A stretch of 64,000 bases of DNA from Octopus sinensis (taxonomy: Eukaryota), in assembly GCF_006345805.1 (NCBI RefSeq), contig NC_042998.1, positions 16,678,001-16,742,000 on the forward strand. The letters run 5' to 3'. Both the position numbers and the translations under genes were made by a program. Below are positions 12,961-25,901 of the stretch, piece after piece. The notes under the pieces were generated by a model that worked only from the letters and a program-made list of their open reading frames with translations, had not been told where the DNA came from and made no database searches. Numbering within the stretch: the stretch's first letter is position 1; every line of letters starts with the position of its first letter.

Positions 12961-14409
12961 TATAACTAATATTATCCTAGTCGTCAGACTTAATGTCCTG
13001 GATGGCAAGTTCCACCGAAATGTGTGACTCATGGTTATTTTGATTAAGGGCAGCTGATATATTCACAATTTCGGATCAGATGAAATAAGTGGTACTGGGC
13101 TCGATGAAATCGACTTAACCCATGCCTCGAAATTGTCATGACACGTGATATTCTTTAAATTCGCCACTACCAATATAACTCTTCCTGATCAGTGTCAATT
13201 CAAACTGTAAGATTAGGTCTATTTTTTTTTTGTTTTTATTGTCATTGGGTTGTGTTTCCTTAAAAATATTTCTCTCCTTTTCTATAAAAAATCACGTTTT
13301 TCTTTTTTCAACTCAGAATTGTATTTCCTCAACTTATTATCAACACACGAACATGTTCGCGCAATGAAAGGAGTGTAACTTACGATTAGTCTGAGAAAGA
13401 GTGACTGTTGTATTTAATCACGTATGTTGCGTAACATTTCGCAAGTAATCAGGAGTATGTCATATAGTTAGGAACTAAGTGGTGTTGAAACAATTGTAAC
13501 CGATGAATATGTGTAGTGCATTTATTCTTCGTACGTACACACACGCACGTACGAACATGCACAGGCACTCACATACACACACACACATATACACACATAA
13601 TCCATATACATATAAAGAGTAACGAAGACATACACACACACTCAAACATACGACACAACGTACTCATATGAGTGTGTGTGTGTGTAAATTGTACATATGC
13701 GTATATAACTAGACACACATACTAGTGCGTATGTTAGTATATATGTATGTATACACAACACGACTAATAATGAATTTGCTAATTGATATTGATGGCTTTT
13801 ATATGTGGCAAGGTCTATAATAACTATATCTTTCAGTAATTGTGAAACTTTGCACTATAGAATCTTGCGTCTGTAACATGTTGTAACTTCGAAAACGATA
13901 ATTATATTAATATTTGCAGTAATTAAAAGCAGCACACACATCGATTAAGTTAATGTTTTAATATTATGTTAACGACGATGTAAATGATAAACTACCTTTC
14001 GGCTCGGATATACACTCACATTCATACTATATAGGGGCACGTATGCGCACATACATATATATGAGAGTTTGTGGTACCCGGAAGCCCAAAATGTCAGGTA
14101 AGGCTATGTAAGTACTACAAAAGAATCGCTGTTAGACTCCCGGTTCGATAATAGTATGAGTGAAGCATCTAACGCTGATCGTGTGTAAGAGTTTATGTAT
14201 GTTAATTAAAATGAGACAACAAAGCCAAGGCAGAGTGAAATTTCTAGAACATTTATAATGGGAAAGGTAGTCTTATAGCTGTCTGAAGGATATGAAGGAT
14301 AACCCATCAACAGTGACGATATGAGAGAATTAAATAGAAGAAAATAGTTGAGTTTAATATAAGAAGTTATTTTGGAAACGGAGAGAAATAGGATGTATGA
14401 AGGGAAATA

Positions 14410-14625
14410 TACTCTTTACTCTTTTACTCTTTTACTTGTTTCAGTCATTTGACTATTGCCATGCTGGAGCACCGCCTTTAGTCGAGCAAATTGACCCCAG
14501 GACTTATTCTTTGTAAGCCCATTACTTATTCTATCGGTCTCTTTTGCCGAACCGCTAAGTGACGGGGACGTAAACACACCAGCATCGGTTGTCAAGCAAT
14601 GCTAGGGGGACAAACACAGACACAC

Positions 14626-14716
<91 letters not shown>

Positions 14717-14820
14717 TACGAAAGGCTTCTTTCAGTTTCCGTCTACCAAATCCACTCACAAGGCACTGGTCGGCCCGGGGCTATATCAGAAGACACTCGA
14801 CCAAGATGCCACGCAGTGGT
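14410..14820 (-). mobile_element. SINE family A copy (5' head truncated) with internal (CA)n(TA)n
   Basis: Collinear reverse complement of the 34,107 copy. Confidence 0.88.
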
Positions 14821-15324
14821 GCTGAGAATGAAAATAAAGATATACTCCAAGGAATGTGCTGTACAAAATGAGTAAAGAGTTTTCTTGTCCTTCATATTTT
14901 GTTATTACAAATGGATAGTGTTGAGGTATTAATTCCATGGGCTGTTTATTCAAAGGTATCTTTTAGTGTAAATGACATTTTGAGTTAATTATTGTAGACG
15001 GAAGCAGATAGAAAGAAGAGAACACATGAGTACGATAGAGGGGCAAAATGGTGTTCGTCAAAAGGATTGAGTGAAAAAAGAAGAAAGAAAGAATGAAAGA
15101 GGAGGAGAAAATAAAAACGGAGTATTAAATGGTGGTCAAGATATTGTGAGAGGTGAGAAGAGGACAGGTATCAGTAGATAAATGGTATAGATAAGAATGT
15201 AAGGAAGGAATATGTGTGAGAAGTGAGAGATGGGGGGTGTAGGTTTGAAAGGCACAAATGTAGAGAGATGTATAAAGAATAGGGTACGGAGGGGTGAATT
15301 AAAAATGAGTAGTAAACATCAAAA

Positions 15325-15345
15325 AGGAAGAAGACGAAGAAGAAG

Positions 15346-15377
<32 letters not shown>

Positions 15378-15397
15378 GAACAACAACAACAATACAT

Positions 15398-15465
<68 letters not shown>

Positions 15466-15489
15466 CATATTTATATATACATATATATG

Positions 15490-15565
<76 letters not shown>
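15325..15565. repeat. (GAA)n + (CAA)n + (TA)n compound microsatellite
   Basis: Direct inspection. Confidence 0.9.
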
Positions 15566-15567
<2 letters not shown>

Positions 15568-15854
15568 TGCATGTATGCATTAAAATTCGTATATGTTCAT
15601 ATTTAAATTGCGAAATTATTTAGTTTACAGAAATTTTAGATTTACTTCGAGTTAACGTTAACTTTTTTCTAAATATTAATTAAATCGCTTTAATTTTAAG
15701 AACGTGTATCTGTACTTTTTATTACGATTTAAGGCACAACATCCAATATAAAATGGAATTGTACAGTTCTTTTTTACAAGAAGGTTTTTATGTGTTTGCT
15801 AGCAATGTTAATACTCATGTTTTAGCAAAAGGTGCGCGTACACCGTTATACGCT

Positions 15855-17213
15855 TATATAAATTGAAAAAAGACAGAAGAACCTAACGGACGGCAAGACA
15901 GATGGACAATACAAAGAAGGACGGAACATTCGGGGCTTTCTATTCTTTAGTCAACTTCCAATAATCATTACAGTTTCGGCCTGTTACACTTAAGACTGTT
16001 TGAAATTGGAAGGCCCCAAAAATCTAAGCTAAGGACTTTAATATTTTGGAAGCGAATATGTGCACAAAACACGGACAATAAAAGTGAAAACGGAGAAAAC
16101 GTTACTAGATTTCAAATACAAACAACAAGAATAACAACAGGTGTCTTTCGAGTAAAATGATAAGTTGCGTTGAGCTGGCGTGTGAAGTGGAAGCTTTACG
16201 GTAACAAACGTAGGAGGAAGTCTACAGGCACGGAAATAAGGTGCCGTCTGAGCGGCGATCAGGTCAAGAAAGGAAGAACATGATTGGCTGAGCATTGAGC
16301 ACGTGGGAGGAACCGAGAGAAGTAGAGAGCAGAGGGATCGAAAAATTAGAGAGAGAGAGAGCGGAAGGGACAAGAAGAAAGTTACTAGGGATATCTAAAT
16401 TCTGTATGACTTTCTTGTTTCTTTCCTCTTTTCCTTTTCTTCCTCTCCCTCTCTCACATTTCTTGCCATTCACTTTCTTTAATCTCTATAATATACTCTG
16501 TTATCTTCCTTGTACCTTCCCCCGTCCCTTTCTCTTTCTCTCTCTATCTCTCTCTATATATATATATTTATATAAATGGCGGTGACCCAGCATGGCCACA
16601 GCTCGTGAGCTGAAACTAGATAAAAAAAAATATATATATATTTATATCTACCTGTATTTCTCTCTCTCTCTCTCTAGTTCCTCCCCTAACTCTTTAATTC
16701 CTCTGTTCCTAACCTCTCTCGGTTTCTCCCACGTGCTCACTGCTCAGCCAAGTATGATCTTTCTTTCTTGTACTGATCCTCCTTCACACGAAACTTTATT
16801 TTCCTGTCTACTGAATAAAACTTATATTTGTTGCCGTAAGGCTTCCACGTCACACGCCATCTAAAATTTAAGTGACGCTTTTAGTCGAAACACACCTATT
16901 TTTATTCTCGCTTTTGTATTTGTAATCGTGTAACATTTTCTACGGTTTCTGGTATTTTTTATTGTCCACGTTTTCGCACATATTCGGTCACTTCCTTCCA
17001 AAATTTAATGTCCTTAGCTTAGATTTTTGGGGCTTTCTAATTTTTAACAGTCTCAAGTGTAACAGGCTGAAACAGTAATGATTATTTAAAGGTTGACTGA
17101 AAAATAGGAAGCCACGAATGTTCCGTCCTGTTTTCTCCTCCCGACTTTGTGTCGTCCATCTGTCCGTATGTTTTTATTGTCTGCTATGTTCTTCGTTTTT
17201 TTTTATTTATAAA
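15855..17213. repeat. Degenerate long inverted repeat (arms about 15,855-16,360 and 16,660-17,213)
   Basis: Collinear reverse-complement blocks, e.g. GGACGGAACATTC/GAATGTTCCGTCC, GGCGTGTGAAGTGGAAGCTTTACGG vs CCGTAAGGCTTCCACGTCACACGCC, and TTGGCTGAGCATTGAGCACGTGGGAG vs CTCCCACGTGCTCACTGCTCAGCCAA. Confidence 0.8.
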
Positions 17214-17316
17214 TACTCATATTTCCATATATTTTTTTGTATTTCTATGAATCACTATATTAGAATGTTTTTCCCGATTCAATGAAACTTAAGTGTTTGT
17301 TGTACTAATGTATATT

Positions 17317-17450
17317 CTGGAGCACCGCCTTTAGTCGAACAAATCAACCCCAGAACTAATTTTTGTAAGACTAGTACTTATTCTATCTGTCTCTTTTGCC
17401 GACAAGAACACACCAACATTGGTTGTCAAGCGATGGTGGGGAGACAAACA

Positions 17451-17496
<46 letters not shown>

Positions 17497-17654
17497 ATGA
17501 TAACTCTCAGAGCGAGTTATATACAGTAGCGATAACACATCGTGACGTATATTTGCCATTTGAATATGGCTAACCCCTAAGGGTGGATGCTAATGTACAA
17601 ACTACAGTAGCATCCACCCTTAGGGGTTAGCCATATTCAAATGGCAAATATACG

Positions 17655-17713
<59 letters not shown>

Positions 17714-17852
17714 GACGGGCTTCTTTCAGTTTCCGTCTACCAGATCCACTCACAAAGCTTTGGTCGGCCCAAGGCTATAGCAGAAACACTTGCCCAAGGT
17801 GTCATGCAGCGGGACTTAACCCGGAGCCATGTGGTTGGTAGGCAAGCTACTT
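17317..17852 (-). mobile_element. SINE family A copy, interrupted; its 5' head continues at 20,005-20,040
   Basis: The body matches family A. The head sequence GCAAGCTACTT|ACCACACAGCTACTCCTGCGCCTAT resumes after the 2.15-kb insertion. Confidence 0.85.
17542..17658. repeat. Perfect 51-bp inverted repeat (117-bp hairpin / MITE-like foldback)
   Basis: 17,542-17,592 is the exact reverse complement of 17,608-17,658, with a 15-nt spacer. Confidence 0.95.
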
Positions 17853-20004
17853 TATTTCAAAACATTTGCCATAAAAGCAGTACACAGATTAAGTTAGCTT
17901 TGCGGGCTGGACGAGGACATTAATGAAGTGAATGATAATGAAAGAAAGATGATAAGGATGGGAGAAGACAAAAAGCGCCCGCCGACTTTCGCTTCTCTAA
18001 AACATTGTTCTTTTTAAGGATAAACACAAAACGAGGTATTAAACCTCTTACAAGTTTTCCAATTTTTGGACTTAGCAGTCCATTATTAATAAAAATAAGC
18101 ACAAAACGAGGTATTAAACCTCTTACAATTTTTCAATTTTTGGACTTAGCGGTCCATTACTAATAATAACAGTTCAATAATTACATATCGTCCTCGAAGT
18201 CGCTTGTGCCCGCGCCCTCCACCATCAACCACGCCTCCATCAGAACGTAATCAAGTTCCGAGTCAGCGTCGCCGGGACCAAGTTATAGTCTTCATTGAGC
18301 TCCTTTAGCCCAAGCGTCACGTCGAACGCCACGGCCTCCACAGCTACCTGCGGAGGCCATTCGGGGTCCTGTGTGAAGGCTAAAGATGCTCCCTTGTGAT
18401 GCTCTTCCATCAGTTTTTCAATTTCTCCTCCTCTATAGAAGAGGACCAATACGTTCAGTTCTTTTGGTGGCGGCACAGTTCCCGCCAACGGTATTCCTTC
18501 TCTTGTCGGTGGCACAACCCCAACCGACGTTGTTCCGGGACATTCCGGTGCTACACTGACAGTCGGTAATGTCCCGTTTTTCTTCCTCTTTTTCTTTTTT
18601 TTTCCCCTTTTCAACTGAGGGAGGGTGCGTCTCCTCCGTGGCTGGAAGATTCGCCTTCCTCTCCTCATCCCTATTATCCTTTGGTGAGCACCCATTGTTG
18701 CTCACCTTCCTCTTTCGGCCTCTGTTTGAGGAGTCCTCTGCGTTCTCGGCCGTTATCATTCCCTCTTCTAGAGGGGTTTTACTTAACTGTTCCGGGATCC
18801 TATTTTGTTTCCGGGGACAGTTCTTCTTTATGTGGCCGGACTCCAAGCACCGATGACACTTAGGGGGGCGACCCTCAAGCATCACCGGGTACCTGCACCC
18901 GGCCATTTTCAAAAAATCTGGAAGAACCAGATTGGCTGATTGGGTCCACAGGGTCAAAATTGCTTTTGACCCAACCCAAGCAGCCGCAGGAAGAACTTTT
19001 ACATTGAGGAGCTTAGTTTCTCTGCCACCCAGACCCCGGCGGATAGTCTCCTCTATCCACTCGGGTTCTATGTCGGGTGGCAGACCGCAAATCCAAGCTT
19101 TCATCAATTTATTTTTTTTTGTACGTGGGCAGGAATAAGATTTCCTTACCCTCCAGGGGTTTGCTAGCAAATTTGCAAGCCTCTTCAGGGGTGTCGAATA
19201 GCAACCACACCTTTGCATATTTGACACCCCTGGAAATGAATTTAATTGTTGGCAAATACTCTTCCAACTCCTTTTCAATTGACGTCTTTTCGAACAGGGC
19301 GATGGTGTCGAGTGCCTTGGAGTAGGTTCTCAACACCACCGTCCTATCTTCACGGTCTTTTAACCACTTTTTAGGCTGTATGATCTCTCATTCCAAAAGT
19401 TTGTTATTTTTCATTGCCATGTTCTTTTTTTGTTTTTTTTTTTTTTTTTTTAAATGTATTCAGAATAAAACTAAAAAACGAGAGGAAAAGGAAATCCGAA
19501 GAAAGTCACAGTGAAAAAGGAGAGAGTCAAATAAAGTTAAAAAGAAAGTCAAATAAAGTTAAAAAGAAAGTCAATAACACAGCAAAAACCTTCTGGCCTA
19601 AATTGAACCAGGAACGCACAACTTCCACAAAACTTGGTGTAAAATTGGAAAAACTTGTTCAAACTTCGGAGGCAAAATACTCCCCTATATAGCAGTTTTC
19701 ACAAAAAGTTCTTTACAGCACAATACAATTCTCACAATTACGTGAAAAAAAATATTCACTCGATTTATCGAAGACGGATACGCCCCTCCACTGCCGAGAG
19801 CAGGCGAAATTGTCTCAGAGTTGGACACAACTTACTGAAATAATAATTGGCACGCAATAAATTATGCCCAACTCACAATAAACAAAATCACTTACCTCGA
19901 CAACTTTCCGTTTTTGGTCTTTTTTCTTTAATTGGACGGAGCTGGTTGACTCGCGTCCACTCTGGCTGAACAGGAAGCAACTGACTAACTGCGCATGTGT
20001 GTTA
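17853..20004 (-). mobile_element. ORF1-only non-autonomous LINE (HAL1-like; L1/Tx1-type ORF1) flanked by an 11-bp TSD
   Basis: TSD GCAAGCTACTT at 17,842-17,852 and 20,005-20,015. It has a 5' UTR, one disrupted ORF1-like frame and a 3' UTR, and no RT or endonuclease motifs are seen. Confidence 0.7.
18240..19420 (-). pseudogene. Disrupted LINE ORF1/Gag-like protein (two RRM-like segments, CCHC zinc knuckle, low-complexity linker, C-terminal domain)
   Basis: ATG at 19,420, then MAMKNNKLLE*EIIQPKKWLKDREDRTVVLRTYS... (in frame with 19109..19339). A frameshift in the A-run at about 19,115 leads into KAWICGLPPDIEPEW...VMLEGRPPKCHRCLESGHIKKNCP (CX2CX4HX4C). A second probable frameshift in the A-run at about 18,600 leads into 18240..18695. 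Confidence 0.75.
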
Positions 20005-20384
20005 GCAAGCTACTTACCACACAGCTACTCCTGCGCCTATGTTGCATTTTCCCTCTCTCTGAATTTGCATTCATGCAGTTTCCAAATATATTTCGATAAT
20101 TTGTTGACATTTTCTGAAGAAATGAAATTATTTTTATCTTGTACTTTAATTTATTCTCAGTAATTCTGATGTGACACTTAATCCTTCTTCTAACTTATCT
20201 TTTATGAAGATGTTTACTATCTCGTAAATTTGAATCTCGTAAAGATTCATATATCTCTGTTTTATAAGTGCAATTTTCATCTTGTTTTTGTCAGTGAATA
20301 TTTTAAGAGCAGACATTCTTTTGAAAGGTCTCGTTGTTTTGCATAGATGAAAGACAGCACTCTTTGTCACTCCATTACCGCGTC

Positions 20385-20545
20385 ACAACCGGTTTTTGGT
20401 GTGTTTACGTACCCGTAACTTAGTGATTCGGAAATAGCGCCCCGGTAGAATAAGTACTAGGTCGATTTATTCGACCAAAACATTTCAAGGCGGTGGTCCA
20501 GCATGGATGCAGTCAAATGAATGAAATAATTAAAAGAATAATAGT
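20385..20545 (+). mobile_element. SINE family A 3' fragment
   Basis: GTGTTTACGTACCCGTAACTTAG...TAGAATAAGTACTAGG...CCAGCATGG motifs. Confidence 0.6.
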
Positions 20546-22933
20546 ATAAATCTGCCATCATGTATTAAAAAGAAATAAGCCAGTCATCTGTTCCATTCCC
20601 GCTGCTTAATTTACATTTGATTTAATTAGTTTTTTTTAGGGGAAGACTTACGCTTTCATTTTTAAATCTCTTGTATTAAGCAATGTCCTATAATAGTAGG
20701 TCATTGAGAAATATTTATTCAACACTTAATGTAAGTGATGTGTTGAGCCAAATAACTCTGATCCGAATTGTATGCTATGGTGGTGAATGTTAGTGGAGCT
20801 GTGATGTGATTGACACTATCCCTGTTCTACAACTGCTGCCACCACACGTATGTGGTGTGAGTTAAATTAACGAAAGTCTTCTATTTAGTTATATCTTAGT
20901 GATTTTGGTCCCTATATTTTGACCTTGTCCAGTTCTATCTCAATTACTGGCGGATGCCTAAGCTATTTTCCAAAGCAATTTAGCTGCATATTGTATTCTT
21001 CATGGTATATACATTTGAGCATTGTAGTAGAATATAACGTTGGAGATGCTCTGTCGTAATCTGTAGAGGATAACAAGATTCTTTTAACTATGTCAGACAT
21101 TGTGTCTGTCACTACCAGAGCAGCTTAAAATAAAGTTAGAAGAAAAAATAATTAAACTTGTTTACCTTCTCTAAATGAGAAAATCAGATATATGTTATTA
21201 AGTTAATTTTTACATTGCAGATTGGTTACTTTTTATTTCCCAAGATTGTCTGCTTAACTATTGTGCAGGGTAATTTTTTCACGTATGTATATTCACTGTT
21301 CTGGTTTTAGCTCCACGTATGAAACCTAATAGTGAAAATTAACAATCGGATATTTACCAGGCTTCACCTTGTCCAATATATTTATATATAATGCTGTTAA
21401 TAACAAACTATTATATAATGTTTTCACAAGTACAAAACCTGAAGGGATTCGTGTGTAGTTTGGCTCTTAATTCTAACGAACTCTAGATATATTCTAAATC
21501 TTTTGTCCATTAATACACTGTTTTGCGTCTTTAAGCTAATATATCACAGTATTGATCTAATCGCCAGTAAAACATCTATTTAAACATTTTCCAGAAAGAA
21601 ACTATAAAAATATACATGAGTATTGTTTTTCACCGTAACGAGCACAGTGATAGTAAAGCATTATTACGTATTTTGCTTCTCAACGTAGTGTTTTAGGGTT
21701 TACTTCCATTGCATGTCACATTAGAAAAGGACCGTTTATTTTAAACAAGCGCCAAATAAGTTGTATTGGGTGACTTAAGCAGACTGACCTAGTATTGAAG
21801 CCAGAAGTGTGTCAATACACACACACACACACACTCACACACACACACTCACCTACATATGTGTCTGCTTGCATGAGTGTTTGTGTTTGTGTGTATGTAT
21901 GTGAGTGTGTTGGTGTGTGGGCACGTGTGTGGATTCGTGCGTGAATGCATAGGTGTGTTTGAACTAGTGCGTGCGTGAGGCCATATGTGTAAGTGTTATC
22001 TTCTTGTTTCCTTACCATGTGATAGCTGGTGTTGTCTTCTTGAAGTCCCCGTATAGATCAAGAGAATAAGCAACACATATAGAAAAATAGTAGCATCAAT
22101 TTCCTCCCGCAAGGAGATCGCCCATCATGTCGGTAGACAATTCACAGAAGCAAATAATATAGTGCACATTGTAAATACCGATCTACAATCCATGTATTAA
22201 TAACATGTTGATTTACTTTAAAAAGATGCATAGATATTTCGATTCCTTCTTTGAATGTTCAAAATGAGCAAGTAATTTGATAAAACTGTGCATAACTAGT
22301 GTTTTTCACATATGGTCTCTACGCTTTGATATATCCATTCTTACCATAAGCCCAATTATACGTAACTGAGGTTTATTATACATCTATATGAGAGTGATAA
22401 AATTAAAGGCTTCTTTCACATTGAGGATTTTACAATTGGAAAAAGTTGCAGCCCTCTGAAATACACTAAATTTGTTAGTCTCGCTATGATGTTTACAATA
22501 CTATTATATATTTAATATATAATATGCTGACTACTCACTATAATTAATTCTCTATATTTTTACCAATCCAGTGAGGTTACAGATTTTATAGTCAATGGAT
22601 AATGAGGAAAAGGGTCGAATATATCTTACCTAATATATTATAGATTTGCACCTATATTTACAAATGGATTATTAACATAAATTTCGATGACAGTATTACT
22701 ATATTTAGAAGTGCTAATGATCTACAAATCTATTACCTGGGAAACTAGTCTCGAACAGAATTCTCCCACTCTGTCTCTATCCTTCTCTCACTAATTTCTT
22801 TCTTCCTCTCACTATGCACACACGCACGCAATCACACACACATACACACACATCCTGAGGCACATATATACATATGCATACACACATGCACAAACTCACA
22901 TATATATATATATATGTATATATATAAAGATAT

Positions 22934-22983
<50 letters not shown>

Positions 22984-23894
22984 GATGTGTGTGCAAATGT
23001 GTAAATGGACTCTACAATCTACAATTTTTGTGAAAGACTTATAAAGCATGCGTTTAGTGGAAAGTAAATTCTTTCTGCATTGAATACAATACATATGTGT
23101 ACAAGACCTTTGATAATTCCCAGCTACAATTAAAGGCGAAACTTTTGCTATGCTGACATTTTGCCAGATGGGACATGTGTGCATGAAAGCTAAAATTTCT
23201 CTAAACATATTTATCCATGCAAGACACGCCTAATCGATATTTCTCATGAATTTCTCACTAGGAAGATTGATTGCTTGACAAATTGAATTTGCGTCAGATT
23301 CTTACTAAGAGGTCTCTACACAATAAACACGGATGTATTTAACTAACTATTGTAAATATTTCAAACAAACGCAACCCGTCCATTCATTGTACTTAGCATT
23401 AGGGAGTTTTCATAGACGAAAAGTATACACAGATATACTCAGAATCTCAAGTACATTGAATAATATGGCATCCAAAATTATTGCACATTAGAAATAGATA
23501 TACACTTAAAAATGTTACGCACGCAAACGTATACACACACATGCAAACACAAATGGACAAACAAACACCCACCAACACACACTCAGACACAGACACACAC
23601 GCAGACACACACACACACACCCATTTATATGTACATATATCTATATTAAATGGGATGTCTAGTGTTATTGTTGCAAGTATGTTGGGTTGTGTCATGGAGC
23701 AGCTAGGTAAAAACTTTCATTTGATATTACACCAAATCCATTCAATTAAAACTGTGTTGAGGACATGAATAGCCTTATCTCCACAACAGCGTCTTGAATA
23801 CCAGTGTTACCAACTCTTGAAAATGCAATATGATTCCCTTTCATACACTGTGTGGTAAGTAGATTGCTTCCCAACCTCGGACCAAACTAAGCTT

Positions 23895-23910
23895 TGTGAG
23901 TGGACGGAAA

Positions 23911-23992
<82 letters not shown>

Positions 23993-24055
23993 TGTATATA
24001 TATGTATATATATATATACATATATATACATATATATGTACATTTATATATATAT

Positions 24056-24112
<57 letters not shown>

Positions 24113-24115
24113 CTT
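23895..24115. repeat. (TA)n microsatellite inside a SINE family A remnant
   Basis: Direct inspection, with flanking GTGAGTGGACGGAAAC and GTGTCTGT SINE motifs. Confidence 0.85.
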
Positions 24116-24164
24116 ATGTACTTGTGTGTCTGTATTTTTACCCCCCCCCCATCGCTAAACAACC

Positions 24165-24660
24165 GATGTACCGATGATGAGGTATTTTCGTATTTAGCGG
24201 TACTAGCATGGAAGCCATGTTTCAGAAGATGCGGTTTCCGGTTGTTTTCGGCTGATGACGAAGTCCGGAGGCGGTGAAAATAATGTTGCTTGTTTGTCCA
24301 GATCTTCCAAGTAACTTGCGGCCAATATTCCTTAAATCCCTACCTGTCACAGTCTTGGCGCTCCCACAATCGGAACGTTTGTTCCTTGGCAAAGGTTCGT
24401 TCAGGAATCGTCAAACCGTGTCCACGTGACGAACTAACTTCCCCACAATGACATGAAGAGTGGTTCCTTTTGCACTCTCCTTCATGATAACAAGACTTTT
24501 CTTGATCGTTAAGGCTTTTTCCACGTCCCATTTTTCTTAGAGAGGAGAGACGCTATTACCGTGGTTCACCCAAAAAACTGAAGAATCTGAAATAAAAAAA
24601 AAAGAACGTTACACAGAATATTGAAACCATAACAATGGTGTTGCCATAGCGTGAAAACTA
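24165..24660 (-). mobile_element. Tc1-like DNA transposon remnant (N-terminal DNA-binding region)
   Basis: MGRGKSLNDQEK start (24,531). After a frameshift it reads ...[45 protein letters not shown], typical of Tc1 paired-like HTH regions. Confidence 0.55.
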
Positions 24661-24761
24661 GTGGGATTATTAAAACCGATTCACAGAAAACCGAGAAAAT
24701 CTAAATTTCAATTCTAAATTAATAGCATTGTTCTGAATGAATGCATATATCCTATCTCTTA

Positions 24762-24960
24762 TAGGCACAAGGCCTACAATTTTTGGGGAAGGAGCCCAGT
24801 CGATTGAGTCTACCCCAGTATGCAACTGGTACTTAATTTATCGACCCCGAAAGAACGGAAGGCAATGTCGACCTCGGAGGAATTTGAACACAGAATGCAA
24901 AGACAGACGAAATAATGATAAGCAATTCGACCAGCATGCTAACGATTCTGACATCTCGCC
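24762..24960 (-). mobile_element. tRNA-derived SINE family B copy
   Basis: GGCACAAGGCC...AGTCGATT...ACTGGTACTTAATTTATCGACCCCGAAAG...GTCGACCTCGG...ATTTGAAC, the reverse complement of the 41,703 family. Other pieces lie at about 7,310-7,420, 9,372-9,465 and 26,900-27,060. Confidence 0.7.
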
Positions 24961-25731
24961 GCATATATATATATATATACGTGTGTGTGTGTATGTATGT
25001 ATATAAATATATATGTGTGTGAATAGGTGTTAATTCTTCTCGCTCATTTCCATGAGGCATAGTTTTTTATTTATTTTATTGACAGCCCTTATAAAGTTCA
25101 GTATTAATCTAATATAATGATTTGTACATAGAAATATTATCTGCAAAAAAAATTCTGCTATTATCTCTTTTCTATGCACACTCACTATGCGATAATAGCC
25201 ATTCAATTAAATATTAATATTGAATAATTTCTTGCCAATGCATTTTACATGTACTTCATCATCATTTATTTATTCGACTTCCATTTGACTTACTAACCAA
25301 TCTGAAAATTATATTGTCTTTCGTGTTATTTATCTTAGACAATACACGAAAACAATCGTTATTTCATATACCGATTTCACGTTGACATAATACAAAGTCG
25401 GTTATGAAGAACGATGAATATACCTAAAACGACACTTCAAAAACAACGCATGTAAAAATAATACACAGCATTCAAGTTGTTATCGTTAGAGGTCATATAG
25501 ACTCGTTACTACTCTTGGTTTTCATTTTATAAATATTGCATTGTTTCATTTACTTACTGTCATTATTTCGGTATTGACTAGATTTCATGAACTCTGACAC
25601 CGGCATCGGTTAATGCGATATACATAATAAAATGAAATATTCTGCTCCCATCCAATAACACCTGCAAATTAGAAACATTCATTGAAAAGTTATCTTCACA
25701 ACACTTTGATATTGCCGACAAATTGTAATTG

Positions 25732-25762
<31 letters not shown>

Positions 25763-25825
25763 CTACACACATACACACGCTTATATGCACGCACATACAC
25801 ATAAATACGCATGAGCACACAGGCA

Positions 25826-25901
<76 letters not shown>

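Noticed and set aside
15960-16010. Hammerhead-like stem plus GAAAC in the 15.9-17.2 kb palindrome arms
   Set aside because: There is no CUGANGA core in either arm.
20960-21135. Minus-strand open frame after a strong acceptor (ALVVTDTMSDIVKRILLSSTDYDRASP…)
   Set aside because: There is no recognisable domain or good donor, and downstream stops suggest decayed or random sequence.
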